Part shown: positions 8,967-16,835 of the stretch, piece after piece
Position numbering within the stretch: position 1 is the first letter of the stretch
Layout of the letters: every line of letters starts with the position of its first letter
Notes under the pieces: model-generated
The model's database searches: none
The model's input: only the letters and a program-made list of their open reading frames with translations
Told to the model about the DNA's origin: nothing
Origin: Escherichia phage vB_EcoM-Ro121c4YLVW
Reading direction: 5' to 3' (one strand)
Length of the DNA: 64,000 nucleotides
Sequence record: NC_052654.1
Made by a program: the position numbers and the translations under genes

Positions 8967-9139
8967 TGAAAATATTACGAGTGAATATTGAAACTGCTTG
9001 GTGTGGATGCAATGAGGTTGTGGATATCGAAATTGAAGATGATATGTCTCAAGAGGATATAGAAGATCTTGCCCACGAAACCTTTCAGGACTATTGTAAT
9101 TACGGGTTTCATATTTTAGAGGAGGAAGAAGATGTTTAA
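8966..9139 (+). CDS. hypothetical small acidic protein (57 aa, not in ORF track)
   Basis: ATG preceded by GAGGAGGAGGAG; hand translation MKILRVNIETAWCGCNEVVDIEIEDD...ILEEEEDV. Confidence 0.4.
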   Translation: MKILRVNIETAWCGCNEVVDIEIEDDMSQEDIEDLAHETFQDYCNYGFHILEEEEDV

Positions 9140-9335
9140 CTACGATAACGATCCTAATATTATCCAGTTAACCCGACAAGAACTGATCACAATCATTGAA
9201 GATGCTTTTATTGATGGTTGGAATACACAAGATAATGACTGGGGTGGACCCGAAGCTTTTCTGGAACATCATAAAGCTTATGGAGAATTTTGTGAAACCA
9301 CTGTAGCTCTTGATAATCTGAAGGAGGGTTTGTAA
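9132..9335 (+). CDS. hypothetical small protein
   Basis: ATG with GAGGAGG RBS. Confidence 0.45.
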   Translation: MFNYDNDPNIIQLTRQELITIIEDAFIDGWNTQDNDWGGPEAFLEHHKAYGEFCETTVALDNLKEGL

Positions 9336-9898
9336 TGGGTTGTTTTAGTTTTTTGTGCAAAGAATCGGGCAAAGCTGCCCTTTCTACTTCTTTCGACGGA
9401 TCACCTTGCTACCTCTTTCTTTTGAAAGACGGTGTTGTTATTGAAGAGATGTATGGCAACTATGATAGTTATGGTTGTGTTTTCTCTGGAAAAGAGGATG
9501 AAAATGGCGTTCGTGAACGGTTCGAATGGGCTATGGATTGGGGTAAGGTTTGTGATTTAATGCATTCCTCAAATCCAAGGGACGGTATTGCTATGGTGCT
9601 GGAAGAGTACTTTACAGGTGAAATCCCTACAGAACAATCTGACGGAGATCCTAATCAAGGTTGGGGTGATGGTGAAGAAGATCCAGATTGTTTTTTCAGC
9701 ACAGAAAAGAATAAGTTTAAACGTGTTGACAACCCTTATCACAAAGTGCATAATACTCTCATTGAAACAGAAGATGACAAGATGGAAATTGAAGAAGATG
9801 ATCCTCTTGTAACACTTCCTATAAGTGAGTTACAAAAGATCACTAAGGAAGCTTACGATTTGGGCTTCAAAATTGGTAGAGGAGGTATGCGTGTTTAG
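9335..9898 (+). CDS. hypothetical protein
   Basis: ATG with AAGGAGGG RBS; acidic, no recognisable motif. Confidence 0.55.
   Translation: MGCFSFLCKESGKAALSTSFDGSPCYLFLLKDGVVIEEMYGNYDSYGCVFSGKEDENGVRERFEWAMDWGKVCDLMHSSNPRDGIAMVLEEYFTGEIPTEQSDGDPNQGWGDGEEDPDCFFSTEKNKFKRVDNPYHKVHNTLIETEDDKMEIEEDDPLVTLPISELQKITKEAYDLGFKIGRGGMRV
9726..9754 (+). promoter_or_regulatory. sigma70-like promoter candidate (TTGACA, 17 nt, CATAAT)
   Basis: Located inside the 3' end of the preceding ORF, about 140 nt upstream of the small-protein/vWA gene pair. Confidence 0.4.
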
Positions 9899-10169
9899 AT
9901 TCAATATTCAAGAAGAAAAAAGTCAGGATTTACCTATTGCTTTCGAAGATCTTGACGTAGGGGCCACATTCATGTATTATGATGCCTATGAAGACGCAGG
10001 GTTGGATACCTACCGTAACTTGGTGTTCATTAAAAATTCCACAAACAGTGCGATTTGTATTAATGGATCACTAGCACAACGAGGCTATACTCATTGCATC
10101 CCACCAGATACAAATATGGTGGAAGTAGATTTAGAAGTTACCAATATTACACTTAAGAAGGAGAAATAA
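9891..10169 (+). CDS. small conserved protein, paralog A (pairs with 11191..11460)
   Basis: GTG start after GGAGG. Shares the pattern ...DLDVG(A/D)TF.Y...(F/Y)(E/D)(D/E)(A/N)GLD...LEV.LTVT.ITLKK with the ORF at 11191. Confidence 0.55.
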   Translation: MFRFNIQEEKSQDLPIAFEDLDVGATFMYYDAYEDAGLDTYRNLVFIKNSTNSAICINGSLAQRGYTHCIPPDTNMVEVDLEVTNITLKKEK

Positions 10170-10170
10170 T

Positions 10171-10965
10171 ATGTCCGAGAAAATCAGCCTGAAAAAACGT
10201 CAAGAAAACCTTGCTTTCTCTCTGAAAAAGAATAAGAACCTGAATGAAGGTAAGATTGTTCTTCGTGTAGCATGTGCTCTAGATATTTCTGGTAGTATGC
10301 ATGGTCTATATTCTAGTGGGGTAGTGAGTGATTTTGTAGGTAAACTGCTTCCTTTTGGTATGCTGTTCGACGATAATCAACAAATTGATATGTGGGCCTT
10401 CAATACGAGTTCCCAAGAGCTTACTCCAGCAACAGCAGACGTTTACGATGACTATGTTGGTAAATGTATGCGTAATGTTCGTATCGGAGGTGGAACAAAT
10501 TACGCCCCTGTAATGGCAGATATCTACGATGAGTATTTTGGCACTGTTACCAAATATATTACCACTAAACAAGTGGTACAAGAGGAGGCTCCAAAGAAAG
10601 GCTTCTTTAATCGTCTGCTTGGTAAAACTGAAACAGTGTCTGTAGAGCGTGAAAAAGTTGTAGCTGTATCTGAACCAGGTGCTGACGTTACCCCTGGTGT
10701 TGTATTCTTCCAGACGGATGGTGAGAATGGTGATCCTAGTGCTGTTCGTCGTCTTATTGAAGAGAATAAGAATAAACCTATTTATTGGTTCATGGTTGGC
10801 GTTGGTAATGAGAAGTTTGGCTTCCTGAAAGAACTGGCAAATGCTTATGATAATGTTGGTTTTATTGGCATTAAAGATTTAGACTTGACAGATTCAGAGC
10901 TTTATGACAAACTCTTATCTGAAGAGTTCGGAGAGTGGGTTGTTAAAGTAGGTGCTAAAAAATGA
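10171..10965 (+). CDS. vWA domain protein, TerF/TerY-like
   Basis: MIDAS motif DISGSM, then GGTNY and TDGENGD; N-terminus MSEKISLKK resembles the TerD-family N-terminal motif. Confidence 0.8.
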   Translation: MSEKISLKKRQENLAFSLKKNKNLNEGKIVLRVACALDISGSMHGLYSSGVVSDFVGKLLPFGMLFDDNQQIDMWAFNTSSQELTPATADVYDDYVGKCMRNVRIGGGTNYAPVMADIYDEYFGTVTKYITTKQVVQEEAPKKGFFNRLLGKTETVSVEREKVVAVSEPGADVTPGVVFFQTDGENGDPSAVRRLIEENKNKPIYWFMVGVGNEKFGFLKELANAYDNVGFIGIKDLDLTDSELYDKLLSEEFGEWVVKVGAKK

Positions 10966-11210
10966 TCGACGAGCTTGCCTCTCAAGTCGTAGAAAATTAT
11001 TGGCGCGAGAGAGAAGCTTTCATTATGCGCAGTCTCAAAGAGTATTTCATTGGGACTGTGCGAATGGAAGATATTGTAAGTAGAGTAGAGATTCATGTAT
11101 GGCCCGATTATGAAGAATGGGTTGACAAAGAAAATGAAAATGCTATAATTCTTCGTATATACAAACCGGAGATAACATTAGGAGGAAGAAGTGTTAAACT
11201 TCGAAATTGA
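10962..11210 (+). CDS. hypothetical small protein
   Basis: ATG overlaps the vWA stop; contains an internal promoter-like site. Confidence 0.4.
   Translation: MIDELASQVVENYWREREAFIMRSLKEYFIGTVRMEDIVSRVEIHVWPDYEEWVDKENENAIILRIYKPEITLGGRSVKLRN
11122..11149 (+). promoter_or_regulatory. sigma70-like promoter candidate (TTGACA, 16 nt, TATAAT)
   Basis: Consensus -35 and perfect -10 hexamer, upstream of the paralog B and TerD genes. Confidence 0.5.
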
Positions 11211-11460
11211 TGAGCAAAAAGTAAATAAACGATGCCTTACCATTAAAGATTTGGATGTAGGAGATACTTTCGTCTATGAAAATGCATTTGACGAAAATGG
11301 TTTAGACCTTAGTGAAATCATTGTTTATTTAAAAGTAGATGATGGGGAAAATGATTATTCTGCTGTAGAACTAAACCATCATGCACAATTAGTATCAATC
11401 CAAAACACATCTAAGCTTTTGGAAGTAGAATTGACTGTAACTGGTATTACACTTAAATAA
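11191..11460 (+). CDS. small conserved protein, paralog B (pairs with 9891..10169)
   Basis: GTG start after GGAGGAAG; sequence parallels paralog A. Confidence 0.55.
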   Translation: MLNFEIDEQKVNKRCLTIKDLDVGDTFVYENAFDENGLDLSEIIVYLKVDDGENDYSAVELNHHAQLVSIQNTSKLLEVELTVTGITLK

Positions 11461-11475
11461 TAGAGGAGACAAAAG

Positions 11476-12078
11476 ATGACTGATAAAATTTCCCTGAAAA
11501 AAGGCTCTAGCGAAAAAATTTCCCTGAAGAAAGTTGCTCCGGCTCTGAAAGAACTGCGCCTGGAATTCTCTTGGAAATCTGATTCTAAACTGGATCTGGA
11601 TGTAAGTGCACTGGTTTGTCGTCATAATGCCGCTGGCAATCCTGAAATGCTGTCCGCACGTCATCTGGTTTGCTATGCTAACAAGTTTGATCCTGAACGT
11701 TCTACCTTCGCTGGTGACGATGTTCGTGATGGGACTGGCAGCATGGAGCAGATTGATATTACTCTGGCTAAAATCTCTCCTGATGCACAAGAGATTGCCT
11801 TTGTTCTGACCATTGATGATGATACAGGTCTGAAACGTTTTGGTCATGCTTCTGAAGGTATGCTTAAAATCTTCGACTCCGAGCGTAATGTGGAAATTCT
11901 GGATTTTGACTTCCTGGCTCCTGAAGTAGCTGGCAACACAATCTGCCACGTGGCTTCCCTGGTTCGTGAAGATGGAGAATGGAAGCTGAAAGCATATGGT
12001 GTAGGTAAAGCTGGTCTGGATATTTGCGATGTGGTGATGGCCTTCGGTGGTAAAAAAGAATGGTATGAATGTCCATAA
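11476..12078 (+). CDS. terD: TerD-domain protein
   Basis: Matches recalled TerD signatures: N-terminal ISLKK repeats, DLDVSALVC, GDDVRDGTGSMEQIDITL, IAFVLTIDDD, DGEWKLKAYGVGKAGL. Codon usage is strongly E. coli-optimal (CTG, CGT, GGT). Confidence 0.9.
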   Translation: MTDKISLKKGSSEKISLKKVAPALKELRLEFSWKSDSKLDLDVSALVCRHNAAGNPEMLSARHLVCYANKFDPERSTFAGDDVRDGTGSMEQIDITLAKISPDAQEIAFVLTIDDDTGLKRFGHASEGMLKIFDSERNVEILDFDFLAPEVAGNTICHVASLVREDGEWKLKAYGVGKAGLDICDVVMAFGGKKEWYECP

Positions 12079-12096
12079 TAATTAACAAATGATTTT

Positions 12097-12116
12097 GAGG
12101 GGGAGAAATCCCCCTC
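12097..12116 (+). other. GC-rich stem-loop (GAGGGGGAGAAATCCCCCTC) without a clear U-tract
   Basis: Perfect inverted repeat between the TerD and endolysin genes. Confidence 0.5.
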
Positions 12117-12145
12117 TTGCAATAAAGCCTCTATCGTGTTATACT
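12117..12145 (+). promoter_or_regulatory. sigma70-like promoter candidate (TTGCAA, 17 nt, TATACT)
   Basis: Immediately downstream of the stem-loop and about 30 nt upstream of the endolysin RBS. Confidence 0.5.
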
Positions 12146-12177
12146 AGAAGTTCGTTAACTTAAAAAGGAGGCAAAAT

Positions 12178-12699
12178 TTGCTGATAAAAAACTTTGTAAC
12201 AGTTGCGTTACTATCCTTAACTGCTTTTACATTTACACCTGTTGTGGCGAAAGCCGAAGCTGCAAACGTAAAAACCGCTAAAGTAGTTCACAAATGTACA
12301 AAGCAATATAATGATAAAATTCTATTAGCTTGTGCAATTTACGCAGAAGGTCGCGGTCTGGGTAAAAAAGGAATGAATGCCGTTGGGAATGTGGTAATCA
12401 ACAGAAGAAATGATGCCTACTTCCCTAACACAGTCAAGGGAGTCTTGTTCCAGAAAGGGCAATTCTCATATGCGAAAACTTTTAACGTGACAGAGAAAGA
12501 TAAGTGGCAGGAAGCAAAAGCAATAGCGGAGCGTTTACTTTATTTAGAGAAACATTTTCCTGAATTGCGGTCTGTTTTAGATGTTACTAAAGGTGCTCTA
12601 TACTTCAAGAAACGGAATATAAGGACACACTGGGAGCGTGATATGCGTCTTGTTTATCGAGATAAAGTGCATGGTTTCTATCTACCAAAGGGGAGTTAA
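12178..12699 (+). CDS. cell-wall hydrolase (SleB/Hydrolase_2-like) with N-terminal signal peptide; candidate secreted endolysin
   Basis: TTG start after AAAGGAGG; signal peptide with AKA-EA cleavage-like site; CAIYAEGRGLG...GNVVINRR...FQKGQFSYAKTF resembles SleB-type hydrolases. Confidence 0.7.
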   Translation: MLIKNFVTVALLSLTAFTFTPVVAKAEAANVKTAKVVHKCTKQYNDKILLACAIYAEGRGLGKKGMNAVGNVVINRRNDAYFPNTVKGVLFQKGQFSYAKTFNVTEKDKWQEAKAIAERLLYLEKHFPELRSVLDVTKGALYFKKRNIRTHWERDMRLVYRDKVHGFYLPKGS

Positions 12700-12700
12700 A

Positions 12701-12985
12701 ATGCAAGAAGATAATACTGTTGTTGTAGCAAGTTACCTGGTTGTCGGTCTTACCGAAGAGGACGTATACTACACCCGTAAACATTTGGAAGCATACACTA
12801 CTTTGTTTATGGAAGATGAAAAAGATGTAGATAAATATAGCATTGATATGATCAACGACAGTATTTATCCTTGTATGGTTCTTAAAGTAGATGCTGTGCT
12901 GTGGGAGCGTTTTGCAAGGACTCATGATGCTGTAGAATGCTCCGCAGTAATGTCTCAAAACAACATTTTAGGGGAGATTCACTGA
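12701..12985 (+). CDS. hypothetical protein
   Basis: ATG at 12701 just after the endolysin stop; the track version starts at 12638. Confidence 0.45.
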   Translation: MQEDNTVVVASYLVVGLTEEDVYYTRKHLEAYTTLFMEDEKDVDKYSIDMINDSIYPCMVLKVDAVLWERFARTHDAVECSAVMSQNNILGEIH

Positions 12986-13215
12986 TGGGAGAAGTCATTG
13001 AAGTAAATTTTCGCACTAAACAAAAAGTGCAAAAATATGTTGTTATTAAAAACATTTGCGTTGTCTGCTTCAATACTGTAATATACGATTCACGACGCGG
13101 AGAAAACGAAAATGAACCTTACATTGAAATTTCTAAGAACAAAGGTCAATGTATTTGTAAGAACTGTGCAGTAGCTATTAAGGAGGTTGTAAATGAAAAC
13201 GCTTGGGACCAATGA
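12985..13215 (+). CDS. small zinc-ribbon-like protein
   Basis: CxxC...CxxC spacing (CVVCF...CICKNC); ATG overlaps the previous stop. Confidence 0.45.
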   Translation: MGEVIEVNFRTKQKVQKYVVIKNICVVCFNTVIYDSRRGENENEPYIEISKNKGQCICKNCAVAIKEVVNENAWDQ

Positions 13216-13384
13216 AACTGGCGAGATCTCTCTTCAAGAAGTGACAAACGACAAGCTGATTAAACTACGGGATGTAGCTCGTGACCATCTCCAAGAATCT
13301 TTTAAAGAATATATGGAAGCACGAGATCGTGTCATCCAAATCCAACAAGAAATGATTAAACGTGGGATTGTAGCTGACAGTTAA
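13193..13384 (+). CDS. hypothetical small protein
   Basis: ATG with GGAGG RBS. Confidence 0.4.
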   Translation: MKTLGTNETGEISLQEVTNDKLIKLRDVARDHLQESFKEYMEARDRVIQIQQEMIKRGIVADS

Positions 13385-13400
13385 TATAACGGAGGGGAGA

Positions 13401-13964
13401 ATGATTTATTATATTACTCCCTATCTGACAGGAAATATCGGCAAGGCTATCAATGAAGCTATTGCCGTTCTTCCAGATGATAGTTGGGTGTGCTTAAGAG
13501 ATACCGATACAATGTTCCTCCTGCCTGATCAACCATCTATGCTTGAAGAGCTTGTTATGTCAAACCCGCCTTTTGATGTAATAGGTGCAACTTGTAACAG
13601 GTTAGGTAGTGGTTATCAGCTTTTCTCTAACCAAATTAACGATGATCCAGATATTCTAAACCATATAGAATATGCTAAGATTGCAAGAGAATATCATAAA
13701 GTGAGTGTTGAAGAAGTTCCTTTCGGAACACCTCTGGCAGGTTTCTTTTTGCTTTTTAGAAAATCATTGTGGAATGAAATTCCTTTCGAAGAAAAATCTA
13801 TCCAATTCGACCTAATTTTCTCTCGCACTTTACATGAAAAAGGAAAGAGGTTAGGATTGATGCGGGGAATGTATCTGTTTCACATTTACAGATTAGGTCA
13901 AACAAATCCTCAACGGTCTATACATCATTTATTACACTGTCACGATCACAGTAAAACTATCTAG
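13401..13964 (+). CDS. putative GT-A fold glycosyltransferase
   Basis: N-terminal beta-strand YYITPY followed by D-x-D-like LRDTDTMF; weak. Confidence 0.45.
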   Translation: MIYYITPYLTGNIGKAINEAIAVLPDDSWVCLRDTDTMFLLPDQPSMLEELVMSNPPFDVIGATCNRLGSGYQLFSNQINDDPDILNHIEYAKIAREYHKVSVEEVPFGTPLAGFFLLFRKSLWNEIPFEEKSIQFDLIFSRTLHEKGKRLGLMRGMYLFHIYRLGQTNPQRSIHHLLHCHDHSKTI

Positions 13965-13972
13965 GAGAGAAA

Positions 13973-14656
13973 ATGGAAAATATTAAAATCGGAGTGGGTG
14001 TTATCACTGTAGGTGTCCGTCCACTTAAAGACTATCTTGTAACAGATCCACATGCAGATTTTCGAGTATTCAACGATCCAGATCGTAAAGGTGTAGCTTA
14101 CGCCAGGAATGAACTTATGCACCAGTTTTATGAAGAAGGTTATGATTATTGGTTTATTTTTGACGACGATTGCTACCCAATCATGGAGGGATGGGAAACA
14201 TATTTTGTAGATCAAGCTGTCTCTGGAAGATGGGATTTCTTTGGTATGCCGGAGTATTTCAAAGATAAAGTTGTTGGGAGTAAAGGAGAAGTTATTCTCT
14301 GGGAACTTGCAATGTGTCAATTTGCAATGTATTCTCGTGCCGTTGTTGAGAAGATGGGTTATTTCCGCCCTTACACTCACGGCTATGGTTTTGAAGATGC
14401 TGAATGGGTACACCGTTTGAAAGCTGCTGGTTTGAATCAGGGTATTCAGGCAATACCTTGTCCACTTCGTATCATGGCTTATATCCACCCAGACGATGTT
14501 TTTGGAAACAATCCTATGCCTTTTGCTAATCTGACAAAAGAAGAGAAAGAAGCTGCTATTGGCATTAACTGGGAAGAATATAAAGCGTCTTTAGAAGATA
14601 TTAAAAATGGGAAAATCCGAATTTCTTATGAGGAGGCACTGGCACATGTCAAATAA
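13973..14656 (+). CDS. glycosyltransferase, GT-A fold (family 2-like)
   Basis: DxD motif FIFDDDCYP and downstream GFEDAEW; RBS AGGAGAG. Confidence 0.65.
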   Translation: MENIKIGVGVITVGVRPLKDYLVTDPHADFRVFNDPDRKGVAYARNELMHQFYEEGYDYWFIFDDDCYPIMEGWETYFVDQAVSGRWDFFGMPEYFKDKVVGSKGEVILWELAMCQFAMYSRAVVEKMGYFRPYTHGYGFEDAEWVHRLKAAGLNQGIQAIPCPLRIMAYIHPDDVFGNNPMPFANLTKEEKEAAIGINWEEYKASLEDIKNGKIRISYEEALAHVK

Positions 14657-15593
14657 AAAATGGACTAAACTGAAAATTGATGCAAAACCTCACAGTGGTT
14701 GTGATTATCATCGTATTGTTATACCATTTAACAACAATAATTTTCAGCCTAAGAAAGATGTTGTCGTGTTTAACCGTATTCATTCTAAAGGTGCAGAATA
14801 CGTTTTATCTTTGAAACGTCAAGGTGTTAAGATTGTTGTAGATTTAGATGATTTCTACCAACTTAATCCAGAACATTATTTAGCAAGTCTATACGAGTCA
14901 AACACTCATGCTATTGTAGCTATGGTTAAGCTTGCTGATGTGGTTATTGTGACTACGGAATATTTAGCATATAAGATCCGTCACTTAAATAGGAATGTTG
15001 TTGTGATCCGAAATGCACTTCCTTTTGATAGCGGACAATTCACTTTGTCAAATGATCGTTCATCCGGTACCCCTGTTGTATGGGCTGGCGGTGCTAGTCA
15101 CGAACCAGACTTACGACTAGTCTCTAATACTTTCGATGATGAACTTCTTACTATTGCGGGATATGAAGCATCACAAAGCATCACGGGACAAGAGTGGATT
15201 AAGATTCGCAGAAATTTACCAAATGCCAAATATAAAGCCGCCGTAAAAGATTTAGATAATTACATGAGTGTTTACGAAAGTCATGCTATTGCTATAGCTC
15301 CTTTGGTAGATAATGATTTTAATAATTGTAAAAGTAATCTCAAAATCCTGGAAGCTGGAGCAAAAGGTATTCCGATTGTTTGTTCTAAGGTATTACCTTA
15401 TTTTAACCCTGTAGATGCTCGCGCTGTTGCTTACGCAGAGAATAAAGCAGAATGGCATTACGAAATTGTTAAGCTTCTTCGCAATCCAAACTATCGGGAA
15501 GATCGTGGCTTGTTCTTGGCTGAACATGTTCGAACACATTATAATCTGGCAGATGCAAACGAGTTGCGACGCCAGGTTATTGAAAGTTTGTAG
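14646..15593 (+). CDS. glycosyltransferase, GT-B fold (GT4-like), paralog 1
   Basis: C-terminal KSNLKILEAGAKGIPIVCS resembles the GT-B E-x7-E region; ATG 14646 follows AGGAGG; paralogous to the next gene. Confidence 0.65.
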   Translation: MSNKKWTKLKIDAKPHSGCDYHRIVIPFNNNNFQPKKDVVVFNRIHSKGAEYVLSLKRQGVKIVVDLDDFYQLNPEHYLASLYESNTHAIVAMVKLADVVIVTTEYLAYKIRHLNRNVVVIRNALPFDSGQFTLSNDRSSGTPVVWAGGASHEPDLRLVSNTFDDELLTIAGYEASQSITGQEWIKIRRNLPNAKYKAAVKDLDNYMSVYESHAIAIAPLVDNDFNNCKSNLKILEAGAKGIPIVCSKVLPYFNPVDARAVAYAENKAEWHYEIVKLLRNPNYREDRGLFLAEHVRTHYNLADANELRRQVIESL

Positions 15594-15600
15594 GTGAAGT

Positions 15601-16545
15601 ATGGGACAAATAATTCTTGACAATCGTAACGGAATCAATTATAGTGTCTGCGATTTCCATAGGGTAGTGCTGCCTTACTCAAGGCAGTTCTCTTCACAAC
15701 CTAAACACAACGTTTTCGTTTTTAACGGAGTGCCAACAAAAGGTAAAGAGGGCTTTTTAGCCCTTAAAAACCTGGGCTTTAAAATGGTTATGGATTTGGA
15801 TGACTCTTTAGTTATTCCAAAAGGACACATGTTAGAAGGTATTTTTGAATCAGGTATTCGTGAACATTTAAAATGGTTTTTAGAGCACAGTGATCTTGTT
15901 ACAACTACGACACCTGCCTTGCAAGTTGAACTTTCACAATACAATGATAATGTGCACATAATCCCTAATGGACTTCCTTATGATGAAGGTCAATTTGTGT
16001 TGACCCGTGATCGCTACTCCAAAACTCCATTAGTCTGGGCTGGAAGTGAAACACATAAACAAGATTTGGCTATCTTGCCCGATTTTGGTAAAGATCTTAC
16101 AATATGTGGTTTTCGTAGGGATTCTGAAGTTTTAAGTAGTCGTGAATGGTCTGTAATTAGAGAAAATGTAGCACCAACTAGTGTTTATGAAGGTGTAAGA
16201 CCATATGCCAACTACATGGAATCTTACGATGGTCATCAAATCAGTCTTGCACCATTGGTCGATAACGTGTTTAATAATGCAAAAAGCAATCTTAAAATTC
16301 TTGAGGCAGGTGCTAAGGGTTTACCTTTAATCTGCTCTCCTCGTGAGAATTATCATACGCAAGAGTTTAAAGATTTGTTATTCTTTGCTGAAACACTTTC
16401 CGAGTGGAAAGATATTACGGAATACTTATTAAGTGCTCCCGATGTTTGCATGGAGAAAGGATTAGCATTAGCTAAGTATGTCAGGACTCATTATCACATT
16501 GATGTGTTGAATGAGCGTCGTAGACTTTTATTTGAGGAGCTATAA
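15601..16545 (+). CDS. glycosyltransferase, GT-B fold (GT4-like), paralog 2
   Basis: KSNLKILEAGAKGLPLICS and overall co-linear similarity to 14646..15593. Confidence 0.65.
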   Translation: MGQIILDNRNGINYSVCDFHRVVLPYSRQFSSQPKHNVFVFNGVPTKGKEGFLALKNLGFKMVMDLDDSLVIPKGHMLEGIFESGIREHLKWFLEHSDLVTTTTPALQVELSQYNDNVHIIPNGLPYDEGQFVLTRDRYSKTPLVWAGSETHKQDLAILPDFGKDLTICGFRRDSEVLSSREWSVIRENVAPTSVYEGVRPYANYMESYDGHQISLAPLVDNVFNNAKSNLKILEAGAKGLPLICSPRENYHTQEFKDLLFFAETLSEWKDITEYLLSAPDVCMEKGLALAKYVRTHYHIDVLNERRRLLFEEL

Positions 16546-16823
16546 TGATTAACACTTTTGATTTTGAATACACCACTCGTAACGGGAAAGCCTTGGTTGT
16601 GGAGGTGGATTACTATTATGAAGAACCTAATCCACTTTCTCGTGAAAGCGATTGGGATTACCACGGAGGGCTTTTAATTGACGGTATTCGTTTTTATGAA
16701 GGATCTACAGAAGTTTTTGAAAAAGATTTAAATGTAACTGTAGCAGAAATTGCTTTCCAATTTAGAAAGCACATGGAAGAACTAGAAGCAGAATATATGA
16801 TGGAGACTAACGAACCATTTTAA
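16545..16823 (+). CDS. hypothetical protein
   Basis: ATG overlaps the previous stop; RBS GAGGAG. Confidence 0.45.
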   Translation: MINTFDFEYTTRNGKALVVEVDYYYEEPNPLSRESDWDYHGGLLIDGIRFYEGSTEVFEKDLNVTVAEIAFQFRKHMEELEAEYMMETNEPF

Positions 16824-16835
16824 CAGGAGAACAAA

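Noticed and set aside
4476-12078. Literal tellurite-resistance function for the Ter genes
   Set aside because: The family names are historical. A virulent phage is unlikely to need tellurite detoxification, so the cluster is interpreted as a stress, membrane or defence-related module instead.
15617-15645. TTGACA-17-TATAGT promoter-like match just inside the second GT-B glycosyltransferase gene
   Set aside because: It lies within coding sequence immediately after the start codon, and TTGACA occurs by chance dozens of times in AT-rich DNA. Not reported as a feature.
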